From: Octopus sinensis
Lineage: Eukaryota
Direction: 5' to 3'
DNA: 64,000 nt
Assembly: GCF_006345805.1 (NCBI RefSeq)
Contig: NC_042999.1
Coordinates: 31,124,001 to 31,188,000, forward strand
In this document: positions 39,563 to 54,245 of the stretch, one piece after another
Layout: each line of letters starts with the position of its first letter
Position numbering within the stretch: the first letter of the stretch is position 1
Notes under the pieces: model-generated
What the model was told of the DNA's origin: nothing
The model's input: only the letters and a program-made list of their open reading frames with translations
Database searches by the model: none
Translations under genes and position numbers: made by a program

Positions 39563-40361
39563 TACTAAAATAATTAATGTATGAAACATATAAAATAATA
39601 TGTATATTTCTGAATAATACACATATGTATAATACATATACCAATATTATACATATATATATATATATGAATAATACATACATATATATATATATAAATC
39701 ATACATATGTATGTGTATTATACATTTAAAATTGGCATTTACACACAATTTACATATTCATACACACAGGCATACACACAGAGACACACATATTGACGCA
39801 TATATATTTGTTGATATTTCTTTGTATACGATTTCATATGCATAGATGCAGATCTTGAACCGATTTCCGTCGTTTTTATTTTCCTTTCTATTGCTTAATT
39901 TCAGCAGTTCTGTAATTCTGTATGTTCTTATTGTGTAATCACTTGTTGCTTCCCCCTTCCTCGGCACTACATCACATGATGTTTTGTTTCGTGTCTCTGC
40001 AATCCCTCTTTTCTCTTCTATTATTTTACTGTCCTCATTTAAACGCATAATACATGTCTCTTACACCTAATGTTGATTTCTTTTCTTCACTGTTTATCTT
40101 TCTGTCTAAATGTTTAGTTCGAACTTTTCCCTCAACCACATGCTTTCATGTTTCTCATACATCACTCCATTTCATTACCTACCTATCCCCAAAATACCTA
40201 ACTGCCTGTATATTTGTCTGTCTGTCGGTTTCTATTTTTACTTACTGTCTTATAAGAGATCTATCCATCTCTCTCTTTCTCTATCTCTCGTATGTACGTG
40301 TGAATTGGTGGGAGAATAATATATGCGTACGCATATGCACAACTGTTATCCGTCTCTCTGC

Positions 40362-40407
<46 letters not shown>

Positions 40408-40428
40408 ACATATATGTATGTATAGATA

Positions 40429-40462
<34 letters not shown>

Positions 40463-40595
40463 CATATATGTATGTATATATATATGTACACATATATATA
40501 TATATATATATATATATCCATGCATATATGTATATAGATATACATATATATATGCATATATGTATGTATATATAATATATGTACATATATATACC

Positions 40596-40641
<46 letters not shown>

Positions 40642-41199
40642 TATGTATATATACATATATATGTATATATATATATACATGTATATATATATTTGTATAT
40701 GTATACATACACACACACACATATATATTTGTATGTAAACATACGCAAAGATAAATAGATACCTATAGATACGTATTAATAGTCAACCGACACGCATCTA
40801 TATATACATATCTTGTGTGTGTGTGTGTATCTTTATATTGTGTGTGTGTGAGCGCACGCACGCACGAGTCTTTATTTGTATGTATTAACATGCAGCGACA
40901 CACATTTCCTCACCAAATGCAGCTCATTCAGTTCCTCTTTGTACACGAATTTCTTTTGTCATTTCAGTCAGTAACACCATTCATTCCTACTGAGCTGCTA
41001 ACAGTTCCAACTACCTTCATTTTTACCTTTTTATCCCCCCCCCCATCCTACCCCCACTCTTCCCTGCAACACCACTGCTTCATTTTTCTTTTCGTTGCAA
41101 TTCTTTACTTCTGCTTTCCGTTTATATACTTCTGCTCGTTTTTTTTTTATATCCTTCAGTTTCATTTCAAATATTTTTCTCGTATTTTCTATCCGAATT

Positions 41200-41404
41200 G
41201 CTGCTGCTGCTGCTGCGTCTTCTTCTTCTTGTTCTTCTTCTTCTCCTTTTTCTTCTTCTTCTTCTTTTACTACTCCTTCTTCTCCATCTTCTTCTTCCTC
41301 TTCTCCGTCTTCTTCTCCTTCTTCTTCTTCTTCTTCTTCTTCTTCTTCTCCTCCTCCGTCTCCTCCTCCTCTTCCCCCTCCTCCTTCTTCTTTTTCTTCT
41401 TCTT
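41200..41404. repeat. (CTG)n/(TTC)n/(TCC)n microsatellite
   Basis: Direct reading. Confidence 0.93.
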
Positions 41405-41964
41405 AATATTATTATTGTATTTATATGTTTTTCTTCATAAAATTTTCTTCTAATATTGACGTTTCTTTTGTTTTTCTATTTGCTTTAACCATTTGTGTTT
41501 TTCGATTCTTTTCATGACATCAAAATATGCTCATTCTGAAATTCCCGGTAAATCGTGTATAACGTCACATGTTACACCGTTTATTTTTTTCTATTTTTAT
41601 TATATATTACAAGATATCTGTTTTTCAGATGTATTTTATTGAATTTTTCTGACTCGGCTTTTGTCAAGAACATCGAATGAAATTCTGTCACATCGTGATT
41701 ATAATGATTAACTTTATTGTCATGCTCTTTACGAAGGCATAGCATGCACCATGCGACTTTATTGATGCCGGTATCAGATTTTGGAAAAAGGTTTACGCAT
41801 CTATTTATGTATGTCTGTATGATTTTCTTTGAGATTTATTTAAGTTTTGTGTAGAATTCAAGCCGGTCACTAACAATGCAAAAGGAATCTTTTGTTTGAG
41901 TCAAAACATTTCCCTGGATTTTTGAATATGCGAATAAGTTTATGTGTCAATATAACCAGGAACA

Positions 41965-42099
41965 GGCATAGGAGAGGCTCTATGGCAAGTCGTTTACTTC
42001 CCAGCTATGCTGTTCCGCGTTCAGTCCCACAACTATAACCCTTGGCCGACCAAATCCTTGTGAGTTGATTTGGTAGATGGAAACAGAAAGAAACCCGTC

Positions 42100-42158
<59 letters not shown>

Positions 42159-42315
42159 CTTGTATGTGTGTTGGTTTGTATGTATTTGTCCCCCATCATT
42201 GCTTACCAACCGAATTATAAAGAATAAGTCCAATTGTTCGACTAAAGGCGGTGCTTCAGCATGGCAGCAGTGAAATGACTGAAACAAATAAAAGAATATA
42301 CATACATACATACAT

Positions 42316-42369
<54 letters not shown>

Positions 42370-42610
42370 ATTATGTATGCTTGCATCTATGTGTGTGTGT
42401 ATGTCTTTGTTTCTGTGCATGTCCCCTCCCAGCATTTTATAACCGAAACTGGTGTTGCTTAAGTCGCCGTAAGTTGGCGGTTCGACATAAATGTCATATA
42501 GCATAAGTGATAGATTTAATAAAATATTTCTGGTGTTGATTCGTTTGACAAACTTTCTTCAAGGCGCTGCCTCGCCATGACTGTAGCCTAATGATTGAAA
42601 CAAGGAAATA
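41965..42610 (+). mobile_element. SINE family C copy with internal (TA)n, followed by a second tail
   Basis: GTTCAGTCCCAC..GGCCGACCAAATCCTTGTGAGTTGATTTGGTAGATGGAAAC..; CGACTAAAGGCGGTGCTTCAGCATGGCAGCAGTGAAATGACTGAAACAAATAAAAG; second tail at ~42400-42610. Confidence 0.78.
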
Positions 42611-43986
42611 TTAAGACATAAGTGTATATGTGGATATATTTATACTTATGTGATGGGTACACATATTTAGAAAACTCATTTTTTTAATCGATAATTCTTA
42701 ACATATGCCCATGCATGTTTGCGAGAACATGTAAATTACAGGAGACTGATATTAAAACACTTGAACAGGTTTAACACATCTTTACTATAGCACACATCGC
42801 TTAAATCTAGAGGATGTGTTTAGTATGCATTGTTCATTCTTGAAAAATCTTTACAGTTACATGTTTTGAGGCAAATCTTATTAAAAACCCTGTACACTTA
42901 TGTTAAAAGTACAAAGGGGAAATTTCAGTCGTGATTTAAGACCTAAAATTTTACATTTGATGACCATATATATCTTTTTACTCTCCCTCTAAATTCAAAC
43001 GAGTAATTCTCGTCTACTGGGGAGCTGAATTATTCGGTAGTGCTTGACATTTCTCAATTCCCCGTAATGCAGTAGGTTTGTTGTGATTGCAGCATGTACA
43101 TTTTATGTTAAAGTTTTAATATTATTCTTTATTTTGAATGATGTTGATGGTTCCTGATTCCAGTGTACCGCCTGCAAAATCCTCCCTGCGGATAGCATGG
43201 GAGTGTATTTTAGCGATTATATTGTCACATGAGAAAGTCAATACTGGTGGGCACTTTAGGAATTGTTATGTAGGGCTAACCTCTACATTTGTACGTCATA
43301 CTCCACAGTTTCAATCACGTCGTAGAATTTACGAACACTTTTCTTAATGAGGAGATATTACAGCAGATATGTCATTTTTCTCAAGAGTGAATGTGTATGC
43401 TCGAAGAAGAAATGTGAACCCAGTTACAAGTGGTTCCCATGGAACTGATGTACATCTCCTGTCAACTTAATATTTACATTTTGAGCACATGCGTGATGTA
43501 TTCATTACATAATTTACTCTTCAATAGGAGTTGTTTCAACGTTGAGAAGCGGCTCTTGTATGTTTACACTGATGTTTTGCTTCAGCTACCAGCCTCTTGC
43601 CTCGTTATATTGTGATACTGTTAAAGTCGATGTTGAAGCTACGATAATTTTAGTAGTTTGCTAGTCTCCATGTCACAAATGGGGTATTCTGAAGCGTACA
43701 AGGTGGTATCCATGTGCAAAAGCATTATATACATTTTATGAATGTAGAGAACTCTGACGTTCTCATTTTCCTATCAATTATTCATGTTACTTCAGTTCTA
43801 CACACTGCGCCTCTGTATCTCTATACATGCATCTATATATGTATGCCCCTATATATGCATGGATACCCACCTACCCACCATACACACAAATACTTATAGA
43901 AACACATACATATATACATACATACATACATGCATACATATATATATATATACATATCAATAAATATATAATTAATAAATATATAA

Positions 43987-44040
<54 letters not shown>

Positions 44041-44824
44041 ATGTTATATTATATTATATTACACATAATTTCTCTCACCACTGATCTGCGAAACCTCTCA
44101 TCGTTCAGCACTTCAATGATCTTTTTATTCTGTTTGTATAGAGAGTAATGCCTACACCGATTCCTTCACCGATTCCTATACTGATTACATAGGAATTTGT
44201 TTTCATTAGCGAATCGAAAAATATTTATTTACATACTGAAGTAATTCAGGGAATCCATCGAACGAATATAATTCTACCTGGAATTCATGTTCTGTTTTCA
44301 GATGATTAATGGAGGAGTTCTGGTATTTACATTCATATTCTATTATCTATAGGACTGTGGAAACCGTGATGGTGGTGTAGACGATGGAGAAATATTTGTT
44401 AAATCTAACTGAATTGTAGATCATCTAAGAACAGAATATAGTTTTAATGGAATGAGAAGCCCGGAAATGATTTTAGGAAGCGATATAGCGGATTGGATAG
44501 ATTGCCAGTTTTTAACTGGTACTTGTGTTATAAACCTTTAGATAGGAAAGCCTAAGTTGTCCTTGGCGTGATTAAAATGCGGAATACATGGATGCATGCC
44601 TACGTACTACAGTAACAGAAATAATGGTTTATTTGGAATATGTAATTCACGGAGGTTTGTGAACGTATTTAGTCAATTACACCACATCCAGTAGATGACT
44701 GGTGCATAATTTATTTGACGTTGGAATAATGAAAAGCAAAGTTAAAATTAGCGGGATTGGAACATATAACGCAAAAGAATGTAACTAAATACTGTAAAGG
44801 ATTTTGTCTCAGGTAAATACAAAG

Positions 44825-45100
44825 ACCCCCTTTCAATCACGAATCACCATGGTATTGCACCTTCAAAGATTCCCTCCTAGGAACAAGTATGTACATACAA
44901 GTGTCTCCTCACCACCCAATAATGTTTCCCAAGGGAAAGGAAAAATCTGATACAGTTTGGTAGCGGTGACGTCGCAACTATTTCTACGGTTGACCGAACA
45001 GAAGCAACGTGGAATAAAGTCTCTTGCCAAAAAACAGAACACGGTCCGATCCAGGAATTGAAGTCTCAAGCCGGTCGCTCTTATCACTGAGGCATAACGC
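44825..45100 (-). mobile_element. CORE-type SINE with tail Z, degenerate
   Basis: gaccccctttcaatcacgaatcaccatgg..ccaagggaaagg..agcaacgtggaataaagtctcttgccaa. Confidence 0.7.
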
Positions 45101-45184
45101 TCTATTAATCATACTGCTATCAGTCGACCATCTATTATTTTCTCTCACTGGAACATAGATTTTTTACAGCAATCATACCGATTG

Positions 45185-46235
45185 CAATTAGAACTTCATC
45201 CAATAATATATTATAACAGTGTTCTCCAATACATCTGGGCCTACATTATCCTATTTCTTTATTGCCCACAAGGGGCTAAACACAGAGAGGACAAACAAGG
45301 ACAGACAAAGAGATTAAGTTGATTACATCGACCCCAGTGTATAACTGGTACTTAATTTATCGACCCCGAAAGGAAGAAAGGCAAAGTGGACCTCGGCGGA
45401 ATTTGAACTCAGAACATAGCGGCAGACGAAATACAGCTAAGCATTTCCCCTAGCGTGCTAACGTTTCTGCCAGCTCGCCGCCATCTGGGCCTACATTATC
45501 CATTGCATCCAGTACTACGGTTTCGAATGTATCTAGGACTGCGTTATCCAATTACCAGAGACTGTGATCCACTATCTAGAACAATGTATCTAAGACTACA
45601 TTATCCAATGCATCTAACGCAGTGCGCACAGAAACAAATTATCCAATGTATATAGGAGTGAGTTAATATCTCTAAGATTACGTAAACTCATTTACGTTAG
45701 AGAAGGCTTTCTCTTATTTCCAGTATTGCCATATCCTATGCATGTAAGTCTACATTAATCAGTATATCTAAGATAATGCAATCCCCTGTAACTAGGATTA
45801 CCTTATCTAACGTATCTATCCAATACTACCTTATGGAATGCATCAAGATGTATGTAACTGAAAAGTCTAAGACTACGTCACCTAAGGTATTGAGGACACA
45901 GCTGTCCACAGCAGAAAAACCTCTCTGTTATGTAGAGTGGAAAGCTCTACGCTTTTCATTGTAATATCGAGTAGGCTATGCAATATATCTAGACCTGTTA
46001 CGCAATGGACCCAGGACGATGTTATGCAATGTATCTCCAGCTACGTTAAGCAATATAACTAGAACTGCGTTATACAAGATAATTAGGACTTCATTATGAA
46101 CAGCATTTTGAACTAATTTATGTAATATATGTGTAGGACTATGTTATACAACATGTTTAGGTCTAGTTAGCCAGTGTATACAGGATAGTATCTTTCAGTG
46201 TATAAAGAAATATAATATCAAGTATACTTAGGATT
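45185..46235. repeat. Degenerate ~24-bp minisatellite (consensus approximately ATGTATCTAGGACTACGTTATCCA)
   Basis: Recurrent units such as aatgtatctaggactgcgttatcc, aatgtatctaagactacattatcc and aatataactagaactgcgttatac. Confidence 0.75.
45252..45481 (-). mobile_element. SINE family A, full length, with a 20-bp TSD
   Basis: TSD CATCTGGGCCTACATTATCC at 45232-45251 and 45482-45501. Confidence 0.94.
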
Positions 46236-47849
46236 ATGACGGATGCTTCCATTGGCATTGGGTTTGAGATTGCTATGTCTAGTAAACTGGCTAACAACTG
46301 AGACACTCCATTTTGTATCCATCACTAAATGTTTTTCTTCGTGTGATGTATATTAAAGAAATGAATCTCAATGAATTTATCATAACTACAATTTCTAATT
46401 ATATAATTTTCAGCAAAGAGATTCGGTATTGGTACATTTATAACATAAGTAGAATAGAATGCATTATTTGTAGCTAACTAAAAACAAGTATTTGCTCTGC
46501 ATTGCATTAGCGTAGATTTGGTGTCACATTACAGTTACGGAGATAAGACTATTTAATATGTTTGCTGTAACAAAGCTAGTATTGGGTGACAGAAAACATA
46601 AGGCGAACTGAAAGCAATATGATAGGGTTAAAATTAACTGAGCGTCAGACGAAATGCATTGTGGCTTTTCTGTTTCGATCTTTTCCGTTTATGCTTCAAC
46701 GTCACGAATTTTAACATTCCGTTTCATGTTTCTAAAACCAAGTTTAGACTGCACCAGTAAACTACTGGGCGTGATGTAAAAGAGTAAATTGCCCAATAAT
46801 AGAGTAAATGTGTAACCTCGTCTCATGAACAGATTTAATATTTCTGCTTCTGAAATACTTAGTTTACATTCTCCATTCTATTCACGCTGGTATATCATAT
46901 TTCTATGCGTTACGATAAACTTAGAATGCGGTTTACGGTAAATATCAGAATGTATAAACTTTTCTCCGACAATGTCTTTTGTTTGCTGAAATATGTGCAA
47001 CATAAAAATATTTTTTTGTGAGAAATATGTTGCTAACCAGATGGAAAGTAGTGCTATATCGATGGAAATATATAAACTGTATATTTTTTATGATATCCAT
47101 ACATAATTATAATTTCATGTATCAATAGTTCAAGAGGAATAATGGCATCAATTTCCAAGATCTAGGTAGGTTTCCGAAAAATCAGCAATGCTTCACTTTC
47201 CTCCAAACCCATCAACAAACACACAGACATCCACGCATACATTCACACATAAACCAACATTTACACACGTACACGCATATGCCCGTAAGTAAGAGCGTTT
47301 AATATATTAATTATATGTTATCACTAAGCTTCAAAATGACTCCTTATTCCTAAATTTACTGAAAAAAGCCCCACACATTTATGTCGATAATTAGGGGTTG
47401 TAGCATTAACTGTTACACAGAAACATATAATAAACTATTAGCGTGAAATAAACAATACACAATACTTATATAATCCGTCAACATCTTATCACAAAAATCC
47501 GGACAAAAATAAAAATCAAAAAACACATAAATCGCACTCAGTACAGAACTTCTATTGTGATTTATTCATCTTTTACTTTCATCACATATTTATATCTGCG
47601 TATCTACGTAGGCAGGAAAACATAATTACAAAGAGTCATACGTTGAAATGTGATTTAAAAACAGAGACAAACCAAGATATTCTGGCATCATCATAAGAAG
47701 CAATATGAATAATATTAGCAGAGATAACCCACATTGGATGAGGAAAGCAATTGAGAGAATATGTGAATATCACGTGGATGTTGATGAGGTGCTTCAAGAT
47801 AACATGAAGCAAAAGTAAAGAATGTAACAACTTGGGTTGCGTGCTGTGA

Positions 47850-48000
47850 ATGTATGTGTGCATGTACGTATATGTATTTATGTATGTATGTAAGTACACA
47901 TATATACATATATATATTTATATATACATATCTATATACATATATATATATTATATACATATATATATACATATATATATATATACATACATATATAATA

Positions 48001-48032
<32 letters not shown>

Positions 48033-48320
48033 CATATATATATATACATATATATATATACATATATATATGTATACATATATATATATACATATATATA
48101 TACATATACATATATATATATACATATACATATATATATATATATACATATATATATACATATATATACATATATATATACATATATATATATATAACAT
48201 TATATATATATATATACATACATACATATATGTATATATATATATACATACATATATATATATATATACATACATATATATATATATATATGTGTGTGTG
48301 TGTATATATACGTATGTATG
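47850..48320. repeat. Long (TA)n/(TACA)n microsatellite, representative of many in the window (e.g. 1-205, 1045-1257, 14810-15005, 36035-36230, 37615-37860, 40362-40730, 51697-52036)
   Basis: Direct reading; these tracts are the source of the IY/YI-repeat ORFs. Confidence 0.97.
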
Positions 48321-48388
48321 TACTCATGTAATGTGTGTTTATATGCATTATAAATGTTGTTTATATTCATTGTATATAACTTTCTTAA

Positions 48389-48426
<38 letters not shown>

Positions 48427-49574
48427 GTATATTATGAGAGAAGGGGAGAGAGAGAAAAATAGAGATACAGAGAGAAAAATAGAAGGAGAGAGAGATAAGC
48501 ATTGTGTAGGTGTCCATCTTTCTATATCTCTTTGCATATGCGACGTGTAGTTCTTTCATACACGTAGGTGTATATATTTACTTGTTTGTATTCTGTTCAG
48601 ATCAATATTCATTACGAGATAACATTTGAAACGTTATGGAATTTGTTGCCATTTACATTAGGAAGATGTGTCAGAAGATGAGACAGATCTAACCCTTCAA
48701 CATGTAAATATCACGAAGATACCAACAACACACGAAAGATACATTAGTCACACATTCTGATGTGTTATCAAAGAAGCCTATGAAAAAACGACTTTCAATA
48801 ACATTGAGCAACACAATCTCATAATTAAGTTTTGTTTAACAGTCATTTAAAATTCTTAGAAAAAAATATTAATTCAGAGCGAGCTGACACAGTGTCAGAT
48901 GTAACAAGTCTAACGTTTTGGAAGATTGCCCTTCATTAAAAAGTGAGATTATTTAAAGACATTAATCCCTTCGTCGTAGAATGTTAACTGTGACATTCGT
49001 ATTTAATTTTTTTCTCCACACAAGTCTTAGAAATTTTCTATCTATATGCCATATTTTACTCATTGTGTTGGCTTCTGTTCCTAATGAAACACACAAGCAT
49101 ACACATATATAGCACTTATCTCGCTATGCGTGTGTACATTGTATGTACACACACACACCACACACACATATGATATTCTATATTTTTGCATATATGATAC
49201 ATACATACTCACACCAACGTACACAAGTATATATATATATATATCTATATATATATATGTGTGTGTGTGTGTATGCGTGTGTGTGTGTGTGTCCGTGTAT
49301 GTGTGTATATCACCCACACGAAAAGACACACACCGCACATAATTGCATAGAGCTGTGAAGCGAAAAATGGAACGGTAAGTCGCGACAAAGACGAATTTAA
49401 AATTCATTAAAAAACATTAACCTCACAACACACATGCGCACACACACACACAAACGCACACACAAACACACACACACACAGACACACACACAGACACACA
49501 CATATTGCCTGAATGTGTGCCATGAGTCTTTAAGCTGTTATATCAATTAATTAAAATTGTAAATGCAAACCTTT

Positions 49575-50460
49575 TTTTTTATTTGGTGGAGGCGGGTATC
49601 GTTATTTTCCTCCAAGCAATTTATGCTCTCCTATTTCAATACTGAAGTACACTTAGAACCCACTAACCTGTTCTTACAATGCACCGACGTACGACTACGA
49701 TTTTAACACTCATCTGTCGATTTTTCTTTTATCCTCTTCCTTTAGGTGAGACTATACATCTTTGCATCCTTCTATTATAATCACTTCTTCCCTACACCTC
49801 GTTCATCTCTAACTTTTCTCTTCTGTACACGTCTCCACTCTCTCACCTTTCATTTCCTGTTTATCACTACCCTCTTACCCAATCCCAAGCGCCACAACAT
49901 CCATATTAGTGACGCTTTTCGATTCACATCAAATAACTAAAAAATACTTACTCTCAAAATTGCCCTTTGAAATTTCATCTCAATCAAGCAATCATAATTT
50001 TGCTCCACGTATCATCTCATTCAACATCACTTTGTCCTTCGCTTTGCTTCGAACAGCGTATCTCTCACTGTTTTTTATGAAACGAAAAGATTAATCATTT
50101 TTCTATAAGTATTCACACTCTTTCCAATTCTCCACCTGTTTGTTCTAATTTGCACTGTACCTTCAACAGAATCATACGCATATCAAGCTTACTACTCCTC
50201 AACATTTCCCTCCACACCCATGCTTGCATCTCTCACATCCTCCACAAACACTCACTTATCAACATTCATCAACTCCACGCCTATTCACATGCCTAGCACA
50301 GCTTCCACGTACACCTCCTTTCGACCAGACTCCTACATGCATCACGACAATTTAATTAAATACTCATACACATATATGCACAAAAACCTGCTTTATCTAC
50401 AACCTTATCCCTTTAGCAAACAAACATAGCAGCATGTAGACATAGACACCGAAGTTCACC
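49575..50460 (-). mobile_element. Possible ancient LINE ORF2 C-terminal relic
   Basis: Strongly strand-skewed block. The minus strand ends with '..IEIGEH..', resembling the L.IE.GR motif of L2/Crack/Daphne-type elements. Very decayed. Confidence 0.3.
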
Positions 50461-51692
50461 TACTCTTCGTTCACTGATACACCTAACACATATTATCCAC
50501 CATTTTGCTCTTAATTCATCCTTTTTCTGATCGATTATTTTTCTTGAATCGCACCCTCTGTGCTTGTTTGTTCGTTTGTTGGTTTTTTTCGTCTTTTTTT
50601 CCTACATTCGTGTTTCTTCTCTACCATTTCTGTTACTTTTGATGAAGGATGCACGTCTGAAACGGCAATTCTCTTTCCATTCCCATCCGATGATTAAGCT
50701 AAGACCTTATTTGACAAATATTTTCGATCAAATTTATCTATGGTATTTTCCATTTTGAGCACGCCATATATCTAAAGCTTTACCTGACTTCATCCTTGAA
50801 TTCTAGATTATATTTCCACCCAAACGTCCTTGGATATACTTTCAGTACTTTGCGGTACTATATGTTTATATGTTCATAAGCACATATATATCCTGCTAGT
50901 ACTAAATTTTTCACTTACTACATTGTAACAGAAACAATAATTTTAATACATGGATGGCCTGAAGATATATACAGAATATGAGACCGTCCTGGATTCTCTG
51001 GTCCATACAAAAGTGTGCTCAAAATACAAGATTTGTATACGCTCATTTTCATTCACAAACTAACACTGTGTTCAATACACAAATGATGGGAATGTTTTCG
51101 AAAAGCAATTATCGATTTAGATAGTCTAACATTGATTTTGGCACCAAAATTACTGTACTTCCAAAATATTTAAATGGCCTGACCCATTTACGTTGCTTAT
51201 TGTCATTCATCCCATTTGAAATTTGAGTGTGTTCTCTCCTAGGACTTGGTTTGAATAAATCTTCAGTCTACTCAAATCTGATAATCAGTCCAAATGCATG
51301 AGCTGCCGCCCCACACCTGTCGAATATTTTCTGAATTCCTTTAAATGTAATGGACTAAAGTAATGCTTCTTTTCCATTCAGGCTAAGGAAGGGTCACGCT
51401 TACAATATATCTTCTATCTCTATAATCTTCCAACAGATTAAATTACAACATTCTCTCCCTAACAGTAATAAAGCGGAACAATTCTATCCTCGACCAAGAA
51501 CGTCAATTATAAGGAATGTAGGAATACGTGATAACGTTAGTGACAAAACATATATTACGATGCACATTAAAATACATTTATATTCTGATAGCGAAAACTG
51601 CAATCAACTTCGTAAGTTCTAGAACCTTTTCGGGATACACCCAGTTGTTTTCCGAATCGCCTTATTTTTGACATTCTGTTAGTATTTGAGAG

Positions 51693-51782
<90 letters not shown>

Positions 51783-52342
51783 ATATCTATATATATATAT
51801 ATATATAATATATATATATATATATCTATATATATATATATATTATATACATATTATATATATATATAATATATACATATATATATATAATATATTATAT
51901 ATACATATATATATATACATTATATATATATACATATATATATATAACATATATATATATACAATATATATATATACATATATATATAACATATATATAT
52001 ATACATATATATATATATAGATATATATATATATATTGTTTTTTAATGTGAAAAATCTGGCAAAAGTCAAAATGTCTCCATGATAAATTCAATTGACGTC
52101 AGAAACAACGATATCAGCCCAGCTAGTTCTGCTATAGTTCACTTGCAGTATAAAATAGAAAGTAGCAGATAATGGCCTTTTTGTATGAAATTGCTGAAGC
52201 AAAATCTCGAAGATAAAATTAAATTCAATGAAATCAATTTTCATTGAAAAACTAAAATAAAAACAGCAACAAAACCAAAATAGATAAATAGATGCATATT
52301 TCCTGTAGAACTGAAATTGAATTAAATTATACAATAAAGGTA

Positions 52343-52388
<46 letters not shown>

Positions 52389-52684
52389 GAGTTGCTGCTG
52401 CTGCTGCGAGTGTGGTGTCATTGCTATTGTTGAAGCAAAGCTACAGTAAATATTTAATAACAATAATTGCTATTCCTGAATCTGGCACCATGATAACTAT
52501 TTCGAGAATTTTAACATCCTACTACTACTACTACTACTACCATCACCACCACCACTACCCTCACTATTATCTCCATTTCTACCATTACAATTATTGAGTG
52601 AGGGAGCAGCGCATACCATCAAATTGACTAGGGTACAAATATACGAAGCCTAATATATATATCATGACTAGCCGTCTGATGAGG

Positions 52685-52903
52685 GTAGAAATGTTAATAC
52701 GCCGGGCGAAATGCTTAGCGGTATTTCGTCTACCGCTACCTTCTGAGTTCAAATTCCGCCGAGGTCGACTTTGCCTTTCATCCTTTCGGGGTCGATTAAA
52801 TAAGTAGCAGTTACGCACTGAGGTCGATAGAATCAACTTAATCCGTTTGTCTGTCTTTGTTTGTACTCTCTGTGTTTAGCCCCTTGTGGGTAGTAAAGAA
52901 ATA
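52685..52903 (+). mobile_element. SINE family A directly followed by the body of SINE B
   Basis: Ends GCCCCTTGTGGGTAGTAAAGAAATA, then resumes (G)TATTTCGTCT..GAGTTCAAATTCC. Confidence 0.88.
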
Positions 52904-53071
52904 TGTATTTCGTCTGTCTTTTCGTTCTGAGTTCAAATTCCTCCGATGTCGACTTTGCCTTTCATCCTTTCAGGGTCGATGAATTAAGTACTAGTTGTGT
53001 ACTGGGGTCGATCTAGTTGACTGATCCCTACCTCACCAAAAATTTCGCGCATTGTGTCTAGAGTAGAAAAG

Positions 53072-53120
<49 letters not shown>
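52904..53120 (+). mobile_element. SINE family B body and (ATT)n tail
   Basis: GTCGACTTTGCCTTTCATCCTTTCAGGGTCGAT..GAGTAGAAAAGATTATTATT. Confidence 0.82.
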
Positions 53121-53121
<1 letters not shown>

Positions 53122-53127
53122 TACTAC

Positions 53128-53520
53128 ATTGCATGCAATGATGTATTTTATTTGGAATCAATGTTGTCACAACTAAATTCCTTAGATGTCGAGGACCTTC
53201 CTAGCAAACTTTGCTGTTTGTAATAGAGTGCATTTTTGTATTAATGCAACTTCCGTATGCCCTTCTTAGTAAGGAAACTAATACGTCTATCAGTAACGGT
53301 AGCAAGGGAACGTAAAACGACTGAGATTACGTTTGCAGAAATCCCCCACAGTCTTGGCATTCCTGAAATCAAATTCTGGTATTTTCCAGTTTTGTCCTGT
53401 GGTTTGCCACTGCATAACCACATCTATGATGATGCACACTTTTGACACTTTCAAAATGATAATGTCTGGCTGTCTTGTTGGCATGCTACTCATAAACACA
53501 AACATTTGCATGAAAATGAC
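53128..53520 (-). mobile_element. R4/Dong-like restriction-like endonuclease 3' fragment, decayed
   Basis: Minus strand PTRQPDIIILKVSKVCIIIDVV (PD..D core), then KTGKYQNL..RLWG..VISVVLRSL. The 3' end abuts (TAA)n. Confidence 0.75.
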
Positions 53521-53716
53521 TCATAATATTTTTAGTCTTGACATGATTACAAGTGAGAGAAATAGAAGCCGTTTCGGTAAACGTCGGCCTCCCGCAGGTA
53601 ATATCCAATTCATTTTGTTTTCTATTGAAAAGATGAAGGAATAACAATGTAAATATGCATGTAGATTTATGTAAAATGGAATAGAATAAATACAGTATAT
53701 ATGCCTGTTTGTTTGT

Positions 53717-53998
53717 TCCTTATCGAGCCATGCCTGGCTCGTAAGGGCCGGTTTCCTGGTTTCTTGACGTATAGGTTCTCCACCTGGACGGGACGCCGGT
53801 CCGTCGCAGGTGAGCTGCAAGATGCAGGAGGAAAGAGTGAGAGAAAGTTGTGGCGAAAGAGTCAGCAGAAGTTCGCCATTACCTTCTGCCGGAGCCGCGT
53901 GGAGCTTAGGTGTTTTAGCTCATAAACACACACATCACCCGGTCTGAGATTCGAACCCGCGAGTCCGCTGCTTTAACCAATAGGCCATGTGCCTCCAC
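53717..53998 (-). mobile_element. tRNA SINE with a Ceph-like centre and a Y-related tail
   Basis: Minus strand GTGGAGGCACATGGCCTATTGGTTAAAG and GGGTTCGAATCTC. Centre (ccggagccgcgtggagcttaggtg on +) shared with 17075 and 31681. Confidence 0.85.
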
Positions 53999-54000
53999 TT

Positions 54001-54245
54001 CGCCCTTTTACAGTCTAGCCAGGCTCATGGGCCCGGTTTCCCGGTTTCAATGGCGTATGTCTTCCCCAGCTGGACGGGACGCCAGTCCATCGCAGCGTTA
54101 CTCAATTTTGCCAGCTGATTGGATTGGAGCAACGTGAAATGAAGTGTTTTGCTCAAGAACACAACGCGTCGCCCGGTCCAGGAATTGAAACCACAATCTT
54201 ACGATAGTGATGCTGACGCCCTAACCACTAAGCCACGCGCCACCA
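54001..54245 (-). mobile_element. CORE-type tRNA SINE with tail Y
   Basis: Minus strand GCGCGTGGCTTAGTGGTTAGGG, CORE-like TGTGTTCTTGAGCAAAACACTT, and a tail nearly identical to that of 31681. Confidence 0.87.

Noticed and set aside
40815-41453. 212-aa Phe-rich 'membrane' ORF and overlapping poly-Ser/poly-Leu ORFs (also 20363-20642 and 30602-30865)
   Set aside because: They derive from trinucleotide microsatellites and have no domain signal.
44290-44415. Possible small exons after ttttcag / tctatag acceptors
   Set aside because: No convincing donor sites, an early stop, and no recognisable protein similarity.
52672-52705. CTGATGAG-GGTA-GAAA hammerhead-like string
   Set aside because: No stem II or stem I can form. 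It overlaps the decayed SINE A head (GAGCTGGCAGAAACGTT).
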